Source: Psammoneis japonica (lineage: Eukaryota). Taken from it: a stretch of DNA of 64,000 bases. Below are positions 1 through 10,983 of the stretch, in pieces. The DNA lies in NCBI GenBank assembly GCA_008632985.1, contig QPGO01000015.1, positions 435,998-499,997 on the forward strand, given 5' to 3'. A program made the position numbers and the translations under genes. The notes below the pieces were generated by a model. It was not told the origin of the DNA. It searched no databases and saw nothing but the letters and a program-made list of their open reading frames with translations. Position 1 is the first letter of the stretch; each line of letters begins with the position of its first letter.

Positions 1-620
1 CCCTTGCTCAGCTTAGAATCTGCAAAAAATGTTGCAAAGCAAAACAGACTTCTTCATTCTTGCATCAATGGTGAAGGAGGAAAATTTCCATGTGCGTGAC
101 TTCCAACAATGTGATCTCACGAAATGCACCACCATCTTTGTGGTGGAGAATGAGAAAAAGCACAGCAAGCACAAACCAGGGAAGCTCTGTTGGGATGACC
201 TGGGTGCAGAAGATTTCTGCACCAACTCAACCAATGTGCACCACAGTTGGCTGTCAGTTGTGCCCTTCTGCCGCAACCACTTTTTGACATTGTCGTCTCT
301 CTCTTGCTCTCCTCACACCTGGCAGGCCTGCCTGGAGCTCAGCACTGGACCTCAATTTTTGACCCTCTCTTCTGTTTCCTTCTCTGTGGGGATCTCATCA
401 TCAACATCACAAGATTTAACCAATGCTGGAGTGTTCTTGCCTGGTGGAGGGCCCTCACACTCCAGCGGAGGTTGTGAACATTGTGGTGTGATCTGAGCCT
501 GCTGGTGCTGCTGGGTGCTGTGAGCAGCTTTTGGGATGGAGTGCACACTTGTTGTTCTGGGTTGGTGGCAGTGGCAAAGCTTCAGTTGTGCCAGTGCTTA
601 AAAAAGAGTGGGTTTCGGCA
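1..620 (-). mobile_element. Degenerate non-LTR (LINE-like) retrotransposon fragment, N-terminal part of the reverse transcriptase, truncated by the window edge
   Basis: Minus-strand frameshifted pieces read DVDDEIPTEKE..., KKWL...LWCTLVELVQ, KDGGAFREITLLEV, WKFSSFTIDARMKKSVLLCNIFCRF*AEQG. These follow the order of LINE RT motifs (PT.EE; W..LV.LVQ; K..G.FRgI.LLE..WK...IID.R...hgFR..rG). The region is TpA- and CpG-depleted. Confidence 0.55.
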
Positions 621-1153
621 CTTTATCACACACTGGACTGTCTTGCCAAACACGTCCCTGACATGATCAGCGCACGACAACAACGCACATGATGCAATTC
701 TTCAAGATTGACTTTGTCGATTGACTGATTCAACTCACTCAATTTTGCCGCGGGTTGTTGAAAACAAGAGAGAACAAGTGGTGCGCTGCTCTCTAGCTGC
801 CGTTAGAGGCACCGGCGCATGGAGAGAGTAGAGAGAGAGAGAAGGTGCCGCACTGCTGCTGTGTGGTGCAGTGCGACGAGCCCAAAGATCATGTTGTCGT
901 GGGAACAAGTGGGAAGACGAATGACTCATTATCGTGATCGCGCGCTGAGCGAGCGAGCGCCGCGTTGGCGGCTGCCGGCTGATGCACGTTTCTCACTCTC
1001 TTCATTCGTCATCACCCCGACTGAGTTGGAAACATTGCTCCCATCATTAAAATGTCAAACGTTTAATGGGATACAATTCATGAAACTCGGAAACATCGTA
1101 TAGTTCTTAGCGAGTGAGTTCGAGAGGAAAAGAGGAACGCAAAAACGCGCCAA

Positions 1154-1888
1154 ATGTCACGTGTTGCAGCCAAGAGCCTCGCAGCATGCATTGCGGCAAT
1201 CTTTCTCCTTGTCACGGGGACGGAAGGGTTCTTGTGTGGGACGAGTGCTTCTCAAAATAAAATTAGGTATGGGAGCCAGCTAGGCATGGGTTTGTTTGAC
1301 GACCTTGGAAATTTGTTCGCGGGCAGATGGGGTGACCAGAATGAAAATCCTGATTCATACGAAGATGAGTTGGACATACTGAAGCCACGCATAGTTCTGA
1401 GGATTCCGGGTGAGAACACTATTGTATGTCTACAAGCGCTTTTTTCAACATCGACACGTTCAACGATGTCAGCAGCCTAATTTTTGACTTTTTGCTACCG
1501 CGAGAACACTTCAGTGGAAAATATTAAAATTGGCGGGCTTCGGCTTTTAATTACATTTTACCTGATGGGGATGCAGAATACGCCAGAAAAGGGGTCGTGG
1601 AGAACAAATCAGCCGATAGAGGAGGATTCTGCGGTTGAATTCTTCTTTCACGACATGACTGCAGCGCTCAAAATTATTCTTTCCGATGATGAGATCACCA
1701 TAAATAGAATCGGATCAGCTCCTTCCAATGCGTACTTGATGCAGGAGTCTGTCATTGTGCAAGGAATTCTCGATGAACTCGAGAAATGTGTGGAAGAGGG
1801 AGAAATCCAGAGTAGCGACCGACTCGTCTTGCTACCTGCCCCTGGAGATGCCATTGAGAAAGCGCGCGACAACCTTGCTTTCAGCTGA
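1154..1888 (+). CDS. Hypothetical protein with predicted signal peptide, possibly plastid-targeted; 2 exons (1154-1409, 1515-1888)
   Basis: Hydrophobic N-terminus ending TEG-FLC. The intron GTGAGA(1410)...TCAG(1514) joins the two ORFs in frame (RIP-V-ENIKIGG). Confidence 0.7.
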
Positions 1889-1945
1889 TTTACTGTGTGC
1901 ACTTTGTGATCTTAATAATATGCGTTTTATCGAGAAATAACTGCT

Positions 1946-3791
1946 TTAGTCATCCTCTTCACCATCGTATTCGTCTAGCCCAATGCCTTCCCCATCCTGT
2001 CGAAAGTCAGCGATTGGCCAGAACTTCCCTTCGCGGACCTCCCGGCGTTGATCAGCATTCAAACGCTCGTAGTAGAACCTGTGCACCTGCTGGTCTGAAC
2101 CTCGATCTAACATAGCCTGCCAAACATTGTTCATATTAGCGGGGGAACCGTAGTTTGCAGTTATAGCCACCGTGTCGTCCATATTGAAGACGGAATGAAT
2201 ATAGTTGTGTGGCAGATAAATGGTCTCTCCAGGTTCTTGTAGAACAGTGATGGGCTGCCTGTCCCGACCGTTGTCTGTATAGACTGTACGACCGGCGTTA
2301 ACACCTACACTCGCATACCAATCGATCAGCGAATCACCTTCAGAACATTCATCCTTACACGTCACCGTCCTTGGGTGTTCAACAACCGAAGGATAAAGAA
2401 CCCACTTAAGAAGAGAGGCACGGAAGAGAGAAACAAGAAAAGGAATCGCAAAAGTCAGGCCAGATGTCGTTCGAGGAGCAACAATGAGAAGCAATAAGGT
2501 CATTCAAAAGAAGGTGCAGGAGGAAGAATTAAAATCAAAGGTGCAACAGCTTCGCCAGACCAACAGCTGCAGAACCGAAATGAAGACAACTCCATCGCTT
2601 GTCACTCACCCACTTGTGACCTCGGATAAGGGAGTTCCAGGCATCCGTACCGAAGGGATCACGGTGTGGCTTCGTGCCTGAGTACCTTGGCCCAAGGACA
2701 AACCAGCGACGTGATCCATACTCTGGTGGGAAGTCCCTTGTGAACAGATCTTTGCCCTCAAAGGGAAATGGAGTTTCATAGTCTTTCTCTATCTCCTTCC
2801 CCCACTCACTATCTAGTTGGTCAAATATATAGAATGGTTTGTTGCCTATCATTGCTTCCTTGATCTTCGCCCAGGGAAATTCGTGATCATATTCATTATA
2901 ATCATCCGGCGTTCTCGCTCGCCAGGTCGTGTCATTGTCGAATCGATGCGCAAGCTCCTCCATACTCCATCGGGTCTGGGCTGGCCAGTTGTTTGAACAG
3001 TTGGTAAGCATTACTGGCGTACGGGTCTTCTCGTACTTCAAGTAAAACTCTTCTTTAGATATGTTGCAGGATATCCGAGGCAGGCTATCTTGCTTCTGGA
3101 TGTCTTCTATCGACGGCAGGATTGGCTCGTCTGTTGTTTCGTTTGTTTCCTTGCGGGAACAACAGCTCACGTAAGGCTCTTCCTCAAACTCGTCGGTCCA
3201 AAAGAATTGGTCAGAATTGACCAGATGTTCGTTGTCGGGATCATTAATTACATAAGTCCTCCAAGAATCTACTTCATCATCCCACAATTCGTTAATGGAA
3301 CCAACAAAATGTATGTTGTCGAAACCGGAAATGGAGATTGAGTGAGTGGCAAAGGAGAAAGCTACACAACGTGAATCCTTCAAACAAATCTCCTTTGCCT
3401 TTGAGATCGTCAAGGTTGACTTGTCAAACTCAATATCGTCAAGAAGCCTCCCCGAGATAACGCGACCCGGTTGAAAGACAAAATCTTTGTTGCTGATATA
3501 TGTCTCCCAGCCTTCGTGCGAATGGCTTTCGGGAAAAGGAATATCATTAGACAGGAAAGCATAAGTGAATCCTTCGATTCCAGTGAAGTTACCCCCAACA
3601 TCGTCTATAAATTCCGCCGGACGGTAGATGAATCCTGCACAAGCTACCGTGTCATCACACAGCTTAACGGCGGATTCTACAGAATCCGCTTTGTAGTGTT
3701 CGCTTATGAATTCTTTCCGTGCCGCAATGCCCAAAAAGTGGCACCACACCACTATCGCCGATGCCGAAGAGATCCTAATGGAGCCAAGCAT
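1946..3791 (-). CDS. JmjC-domain 2-oxoglutarate/Fe(II) oxygenase (JMJD6/JMJD8-like) with signal-peptide-like N-terminus; 2 exons, intron ~2609-2405
   Basis: Motifs RTPVMLTNC..WPA..RWS, RWFVLGPRYSGTKPHRDP..TDAWN.LI.GHKW|WVLYP and QEPGETIYLPHNYIHSVFN...VAITANY, with the HxD...H iron ligands intact. Confidence 0.85.
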
Positions 3792-4042
3792 GTTGTTCAC
3801 TTGGATGTGAGGAGAGAAGGAATGATTTCTGTGAATCGAGAACACAGCCTATTGTCGAGAATTTTTTTGTGTCAGGAGAGAAGAGATGATATTATTTGTA
3901 AATCGAGAACACAGCCAATCGTCGATACAGTATCGAGGCGTTGTGTGCCTTCAGGCATCTATCCAAATACATACCACAACGCATTACACCACGAATTAAT
4001 TTGTGAGGAAAGAAATGTCTGCTGGTCATTTTAGGGCCCCAG

Positions 4043-4215
4043 TGCAAGCTCAAGCTGAAACTGATGTCAAAACAAAGAAGTGAGTAGACCGAAGAGAGGG
4101 CGGGGAGCCTACAGTAAGCGTTAGCGAACGCTGGCGAGCCTCTCTCAAACGGCTACGTTAATCTAATATCCAAAATTTATACTATATATCAGAAGCGTGC
4201 GAGTGAGTTGCTGCA
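4043..4215 (-). repeat. 3' LTR of the Gypsy element (173 bp)
   Basis: Direct repeat of 9333-9496, differing by two small indels (9 bp in total) and one substitution; adjacent to the PPT. Confidence 0.95.
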
Positions 4216-4338
4216 CTCTTCCCTTCCATGATCCGAAAGAACTAGAGGATCATGCAAAGGGCCAAAAACCAAGGACCAAAACCAAAAGTAAAGACAATAA
4301 CAGGAGGAAACCCAGATGTTGGGAAGAAAACCCCCTGA

Positions 4339-7300
4339 TCAACCGCGAAAAGGAATCAGGCGCCGAATGTCAAGGTGCTCAACCACATGAGGAGCTCGAC
4401 GAACCGAGAGCGTGCCACTTGCATGCACTTGAACAATGGGACAAGGACCATGAGCACGAGGCTCGAGTCTGGATGGCTCAATGTACTTGATTAGAACTTG
4501 ATCACCCACTTGACAATCGCAGGATCTTCTCTTGGCATCAGCTCGTCGCAAGTTGTCGTTGATCAGCGTCTGGCGATGGCCTTGAATCGTCAACAAATCC
4601 GCCAGCACTGGGACATCCAAAATCATGTCACGTCCGAACACCACAGCACCTGGTGAAATCTGTAAGGAACGGGAAACAGCACAGCAGGTTGCATGCATTG
4701 CAGTTGCCAAAGCATCGTCCACGAGGCCAGCTGCACCCTGAAGGTTTTGAGGTGGATTAGAAGCAATGAGCGCGCGCAATGCATTGCCGACAGTCTGGTG
4801 CATTCATTCACAAATAGCGTTGGCTTGAGGGTTGTATGAAGCAGTCAGCACATCATCAATTCCAGCTCGTTGCAATGGCATCTGAAACTCACACCCGGTG
4901 AACTCGCCGCTGTCATCGTGGATGCATCGATTCGGTCTGGGACAGCGTGCAAGCCAGCAGTTTTCGAATTGGTTGGCAACATGTCGAGCAGTTTTATTCT
5001 CAATTCTCACCAGTTCAACAAGATTGGAGACAGGATCAATGCAGGTCAACGCCCGAAACTCAATCTCTCCATTTGGTGCTTTGATTTTCCACGGGCCAAT
5101 GAGGTCAACCGCCACTTCCGACCAGGGAGTCAATGGAGCTTCTCGTTCGGGCAGCTCTCCATGGCCAGGACCCAAAGTTTTGTTACGTTGGCAATCAGCA
5201 CAAGAACATTCATCACACATGCGACGCAACCCAGGGTGATGACAATGAGCCTGGATTGTTTCACGCATGCGCTGGCTTCCGGCATGGCCAAGGACGAGAT
5301 GATGCCACTGTAAAATGTTGGGCACAAGCGCAGTCGGCAAACAGATTTTCCACTGTCCTGGAGGATCATTTGGTTGCATGCGATGACACACAAGCAGTTG
5401 ATTATTCACACATTCCATGAGGAAACGATCAGGGTGAGCAATGCGCATCTGGTTCAATTGTTGGTCCTCGAACTGGCACTCTTGAATCCGTTGTAACGTC
5501 ATTGGATTTTGCATCTCCTGCATCGCAGGGTAATTCAAAAAGGAATCGAACAGTTCCGGCTCATCAACAAAGAAAGAGAAGAAGTGTGAGTGGCCTTCAT
5601 TTTCAATGTTGCGACAACACTTGAATCGGCACGCGCCGAGCTCCAAGTCCTCATCGCGGAAATCCTCGACTTCGGATGGTTCCTCACTCGGCACCAACTT
5701 CGAATCGAGCGGAGCAAAATCAACAACAGTTCCTTTGCCCGGAGCCAAGCTCTTCCCTTCAGAGGGAGGATCCATGTGAGGCAAACGAGAAAAACAATCA
5801 GCCAAGACATTCAAGCGGCCTTCGACACAATGGAATTGAGGGGCAAAGTCTTCCAGAAAGAGGCGCCAACGGAGCACACGTTGTGAATTTAAGGTGCGAA
5901 AGGCAAGGTTCTTGTGGTCGGTGAATGCATGCAAGTCACCGCCAAGGAGCATCGTTCGGAATTCACGGAAGCACATGACAATGGCCAAGAGTTCTTTTTC
6001 GATCGTCGAGTGGTTTTGTTGCTGCCGCGTTCAGCTTTCGAGACCAGCATGCAATGGGTTTTCCGTCTTGTACAATCACTGTGCCCATTTGGCAATCACT
6101 GGCATCGGCACAGATGTGGAAGGGTTTGTCATGATTCGGATGCGCCATCAACGTCTCGGCCGCTAGCACTGCTTTCATCTCTTCGAACGCCGCCTGACAA
6201 TCTGCTGTCCACGTCCATGAGCCTTTGCCTGTGAGATCTGCCAAGGGTTTCAACAAGTGAGAACGCCGAGGCCACATGTTGCGACAGTGTGTCACAGCAC
6301 CAAGAAATGAACGAAGCTGCTTGACATTTTCCGGAGGTTGCACTCGCAGAACAGCTTCCACTTTCTTCTTCCAGGGACGAATTCCAGTCGGAGTCAGCCA
6401 ATGCCCAAGGAAATCCGTTTCCTGCACACACCATTCACATTTCAAAGGGTTCACTTTAAATCCAGCTTCTTTCAAACGTTGCAGGAGTTTGTCGAGACGA
6501 GCAAGGTGAACATCAAAATTGTCATCAAATTGAGCGAGATCATCAATGTGCGCGTCAACGTCCAAGTCATGTGCAGTTTTCTCAATCAAGTGTTGCGCAA
6601 CATCCGGAGCCGGCTTCAAACCCATTGCCAGACGGCAGCATCGATGCTTTCCAAAGGGTGTCACGATTGTCGTCAGATCTTTGGAATTGTCATCCAGTTC
6701 AAACGTACAGTGCATCATTGAGAGATCCAACTTTGTAAGAAATTTGCACCCGGCTCTCTTTTGCAACACATCTTGGATGATCGGCAAGGGACAAACCTTG
6801 CGCTTGAGGGCTTTGTTGAGTTCCCGAAAATCGCTGAGCCACCGCACTCGACCATCTTTCTTCGGCCGAATAAAGGCACCTGCAGCCCATTCCGAAGTTC
6901 CGGCTTCTTCAAGAACGCCAAGAGCCACTGAGTGATCCAATTCTCGCTTGAAAGTCTCGAGATCATTGTGCGGCACCGCATGCGCTCGAGAATGGTGCGG
7001 AACGGCGTCAGGATCAACATCAAGGTGAACTTTTTCGCCAGCACACTTGCCAAGGGTGCCATCAAAAAGAGCAGTGTGTTTTTCCAACACGAGACACAAT
7101 TTCTCTTGCTGTTCGGCAGTGGGATGCTTCTGAGCTGAAGCTGCTTCAGAAGGGGACGTCTCCTCATGCTTTGCATCGAGGATGTGGCCATCCCACACAT
7201 CATCATCATTAGCTGGCTCATCAGTCAAATCATCGAGCCATTGCTGGATGCTAGTCCGCTGATTCCTCGGCTTCATCGCAATGCTTGAACCGAGCCACTT

Positions 7301-7831
7301 GACAATTCCGTGTTCGAAATCCAATGTGACACCCGCTCTCGCCAAGAAGTCCTGTCCAAGGATCATGTCACATTGGCAGGGTGAGTCAAACACATGCGCA
7401 TGCATGCCATCAACATGTTTGGTCTCATCAAATTCAGGGAGCACCAAGTCCTGCAGTCGAACATAACGAGTTGATTCGAATTCTCCTGCCATTGTCCCAA
7501 ACTTTGCACGAATCGGTCCTGTCTCTTCCAATGCTGGAACCGCTCCAACCGGCAACACCCGAGCATGAATCATTGAATGGGTTCCACCGGAATCAAGCAA
7601 CACCCGCATCACGCGCTTGCTTTCCTCATCTTGAATGAATCGTGCCACGAATGAGGTTGCAGGGACCACATTTAATGGTTTGGTTGGTTTTGTTTTTGGA
7701 GTTGGTGCAGCGCACTCAAGTCCCACATCGTCTTCGTCATTCACAGTGCAATTTCCGAAATCGTCATCATCAAATGAATCAGCAGCATGTGCATGACAAT
7801 CATCAATGCAGTCAGCACAATCATCAAACAT
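4339..7831 (-). pseudogene. Gypsy pol (protease, RT, RNase H, integrase), frameshifted, with Tyr codons converted to His/Cys
   Basis: Protease LLDSGG. RT DFRELN, TPFGK, (Y>H)IDD, FLGH. RNase H DASD, SRKL, TDHKNL, NVLADCFSR. Integrase HLVLGH..CADC, DLIGPW, NPQANAICE. GP(Y>C) motif. Confidence 0.9.
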
Positions 7832-7882
7832 GTGAGAATCAGGAGCGACACACTCGGACGACAGCTCTTCAAGCTCATTGGG

Positions 7883-9097
7883 TCAGCATCGACTGCGTCC
7901 CGAGAAGCGACCACCAGGTCGAAAACTTCCCGTTCCACCTCGATGCTCTCAAGGCCCTCCTGTCGAATCAAGATGATGGCTTTCAGCAGACCAATCATTG
8001 GGAGGAGCCGTTCTGGCCGGATTGCCGTAACCGCCGCCATCTGCATTGGTTCGGGTGTCGTTTTGACATTGCATGTAAGAGCCACCATCATCATGATGCT
8101 CGCCGCTGTTGCCGCCAGAGTCACAGTTTCCGCGACCACCGTAGTTTCCTCGGCCACCACCATGACCTTGACAGCCACGGCCTTGCCAACCACAACCTTG
8201 TGCTCCGCCATGACCACGACCTCCGCCTCGACCGCCACCTCGACTGCCACGGCCACCACATCCGCGACCTCCACGATCAGTTCTTGGACGGCAGTTGTTA
8301 GAATCGGGATTCATGACGCAATCTTTCCACTTGTGATTGTGAGCATGCAAAGGACATTGAGATTCTGGGTCAACACGATTGCCTTTCTTCTTGGTGGAGC
8401 CGCCACCTTTCGACTGTCTGTCTTTGCGCTTCTTCGAAGTCTTCTTGTTCCCATCTGCAAATGATTTCTCCGTGCTCATGCACGTGACAATTTCCGCTGA
8501 CGTGTCATTTCCAATCGTGCATCCTGCTCTTGTGCACATCTCGCGCCACGACAAAGGGAAGCCATCGAAGATCATCTTCTTCTTCTGGTTCTGAGTGACA
8601 ACTGGATTATTTCCCGGCAACTTGTTTGTGTGTCGCACCAAGGTCTCCATTCGATCCGCGTGTGCCTGCACTTCAACATCGTGTGGCTTTTTAAGAGAGA
8701 GCAAGTGTTCAATCATCGTGTCACGCGCTTCAGTTTCACAATGTGACAAATAAAAACGAGCCAATTCTTGGTCAAAACGAGCCACCGTCTTCTGCGCATT
8801 CGGAATCGCCATGGTGAGATTGGACCATTTGTCTTCAGCGGTGTCTGTCAACACTTCCTCGAAATCATCAAACAGTTCTTTGCCTGCAGTGAATTCAAGT
8901 TTTGCAGCCAGTTTACGAAAATGATCTTCCATGAACAACAACACTTCAATGCCATTGGTTCCATCAAAACAAGGGCACTTCTTCGCACGCGTGCTACCAT
9001 CATCATGCGATTGAGTCAATTTTGCAAGTTCCAAATCCGAATGAGCAAATTTCACAGCATGCAAAATGCACGGTTCTTTAAGGCTCTCGCGATTACT
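7883..9097 (-). pseudogene. Gypsy gag with zinc-knuckle-like motif and Gly/Arg-rich tail
   Basis: ORF 7949..9121 contains CPLHAHNHKWKDC and a GRGG-rich tract. In-frame TGA codons at 7949-7951 and 7883-7885. Confidence 0.8.
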
Positions 9098-9332
9098 CAT
9101 CAGGCCAAGTTGGTCCTCCAAGAAACTGCTTCAAGCACTCTACCTTCGACTCGAGTTGTGCAACCCGAATCGCCAAATCCTGTTCGCGTTGTTTTCGTGT
9201 CTCCTTTTGCCGTTTTTGTTCCAAAGCCCAACTCGCTGCCTTCGCTCTCAATGTTCTTTTCTCTTGTTTTGTAAGCCCATTGGTTGTATCGTTGTTTCTC
9301 ATTCAGCTCTTTACAATCGACTGTAATTACAG

Positions 9333-9496
9333 TGCAAGCTCAAGCTGAAACTGATGTCAAAACAAAGAAGTGAGTAGACCGAAGAGAGGGGAGCCTAAGC
9401 GTTAGCGAACGCTGGCGAGCCTCTCTCAAACGGCTACGTTAATCTAATATCCAAAATTAATACTATATATCAGAAGCGTGCGAGTGAGTTGCTGCA
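9333..9496 (-). repeat. 5' LTR of the Gypsy element (164 bp)
   Basis: Direct repeat of 4043-4215; contains a TATA-like tract (tactatatat). Confidence 0.95.
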
Positions 9497-10137
9497 CCCA
9501 GAGTCATTGTGACTTCACCTTTCACTCTCCGCCAAATGTCCGATATCCACAAGCTTAGGCTAGTGTGCTTCACCGCCACAAATTTCACGTACGTCGTACG
9601 TGACGTTTCGTTTCGTTCGTTCGTTTTGGTTCATTATTCTAAATTCCTTCTACTGTATGTAGTTACAATACCGGTACGCTTGTTTTGGTTTTTCTTGAGA
9701 CCATAAATTGCTTTTTAGGTATCGTCATTGATCGTGCAAAATCCTTCTAATTCGAATGTGAAAGTCCATCGTAAATGCGGTACTTGTACAGTAGAAGCAG
9801 TCACAATCGGGCGTCTGTTAATACCTGGTGTCTTGTTGATCAGAAAACCTTCTTTGACGCATATCAAGTCTAACCGTAACTTTCTAGGTCTTGCCCGTCT
9901 ACTTAGGAGCAAGGGCCTCCGAAAAACTGGATCACCCATATTCCAGTGCCATCGATCTCTTCTTGGCAAAATTCAACACATAATCCGCCATGCCGGCTGG
10001 ATAATGAAGAAAAGGAAGCACATTTGCTGTATGAACAAAGTCACATTTGCACAACTAAGATGTACTCTGCCGTATGGCAGAAACATTTGTCAACACTAGA
10101 CTACAGCATTTAAAATAATGAGAGAGCAATCGACTCT

Positions 10138-10905
10138 TCAGTCTTCCTCAGAGCTTTCGTCATCAGACGATGGCGCTTGCGCTAGCGTGGCGTAAGCGTT
10201 GGGGTATTGTGATGGATTTTGAAATGATGGGTGCACAGGCACAACCGGCGGAGCGTCGTGGGATAAGAAAGGTAACAGCTCTGGCGGAACTCCAGGAGGT
10301 GGTTGATGCATGTGCATTCCATACTGTGGAATACCATGTGGTGGTGGTGGTGGAGGTGGTGGAGGAGGCCGATGAAACTGTTTACCAACGGACCAACCCG
10401 CGTAACTGGGAGCCATTTGTTCTTGTTCCGGCGATGGGGTATCCTCTTCGTCAGAACTCGGCTTCTTCAGCGACAAACGAATCTTGGTCTTTTTAGTTGG
10501 AGAAGCCTCACTCTCATCAACACCAGCGTCACCTTCATCCATTGCTTTCTTTCTGCGTTTCCCCGTAGTCTTTGCCTTTTTCTGTTTCGGACCATCGTCT
10601 GCTTTCGATTTCTTCTTCCGCTTGGCTGCTGGTCCCTTTTCGGATTTTGCAGCGTTTTTCCTGGGAGCTTTTCGGGATGCCCTGGTTGCAGTGGGACGCT
10701 TCCAAACCGAAGATGAAGAAAGTGTTCCTTCGGGACTTAGGTTGGCACAGATTTCTTCCATCCAAAACCGACGTTGTGCCCTAGCAGCAGCCACACCTTC
10801 TTGTGCAGCCAACACTGCATGCGTCAGGTTCTTATGTACCTCTCGCCAAGCCTCCAACTCTGCATTTGAGCTCTGTGATGTCTCTGTCACTGCAGAATAC
10901 TCCAT
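10138..10905 (-). CDS. Hypothetical, probably nuclear, low-complexity protein (N-terminal helix, Lys-rich NLS-like tract, poly-Pro)
   Basis: 255-aa ORF with ATG start and normal TpA/CpG content; divergent from TTC4. Confidence 0.65.
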   Translation of the reverse strand: MEYSAVTETSQSSNAELEAWREVHKNLTHAVLAAQEGVAAARAQRRFWMEEICANLSPEGTLSSSSVWKRPTATRASRKAPRKNAAKSEKGPAAKRKKKSKADDGPKQKKAKTTGKRRKKAMDEGDAGVDESEASPTKKTKIRLSLKKPSSDEEDTPSPEQEQMAPSYAGWSVGKQFHRPPPPPPPPPPHGIPQYGMHMHQPPPGVPPELLPFLSHDAPPVVPVHPSFQNPSQYPNAYATLAQAPSSDDESSEED

Positions 10906-10955
10906 AATAAAGGTTTGTTTGAAACTGAATTATTACCAACACCAAATCAGAAGAG

Positions 10956-10983
10956 CAACAACAACAACAACAACAACAACAAC
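10956..10983. repeat. (CAA)9 microsatellite in the divergent promoter/5' UTR
   Basis: Seen directly. Confidence 0.9.

Larger units (their letters stand above)
4043..9496 (-). mobile_element. Full-length Ty3/Gypsy LTR retrotransposon, inactivated
   Basis: TG...CA LTRs at 4043-4215 and 9333-9496. 5-bp TSD CCCAG at 4038-4042 and 9497-9501. Polypurine tract at 4216-4227 (minus strand GGAAGGGAAGAG). Domain order gag-PR-RT-RNaseH-INT. Confidence 0.95.

Noticed and set aside
1946..3791. The JmjC gene as effector of the repeat mutator
   Set aside because: Only proximity supports it; the signal-peptide-like N-terminus argues against a nuclear role.
4339..7831. Alternative genetic code or Tyr reassignment as the explanation
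   Set aside because: Neighbouring host genes use TAY for conserved Tyr, and the TA loss also affects other codon positions and non-coding DNA.
4339..9121. Classical fungal RIP, or CpG deamination alone
   Set aside because: RIP creates TA and stop codons, whereas TA is lost here. CpG decay cannot turn TAY into CAY or TGY, and CpG is still abundant in these elements.
9715..10099. Short ORFs between the Gypsy and the 10138 gene
   Set aside because: Non-ATG or weak starts and no recognisable motifs; a small gene cannot be excluded.
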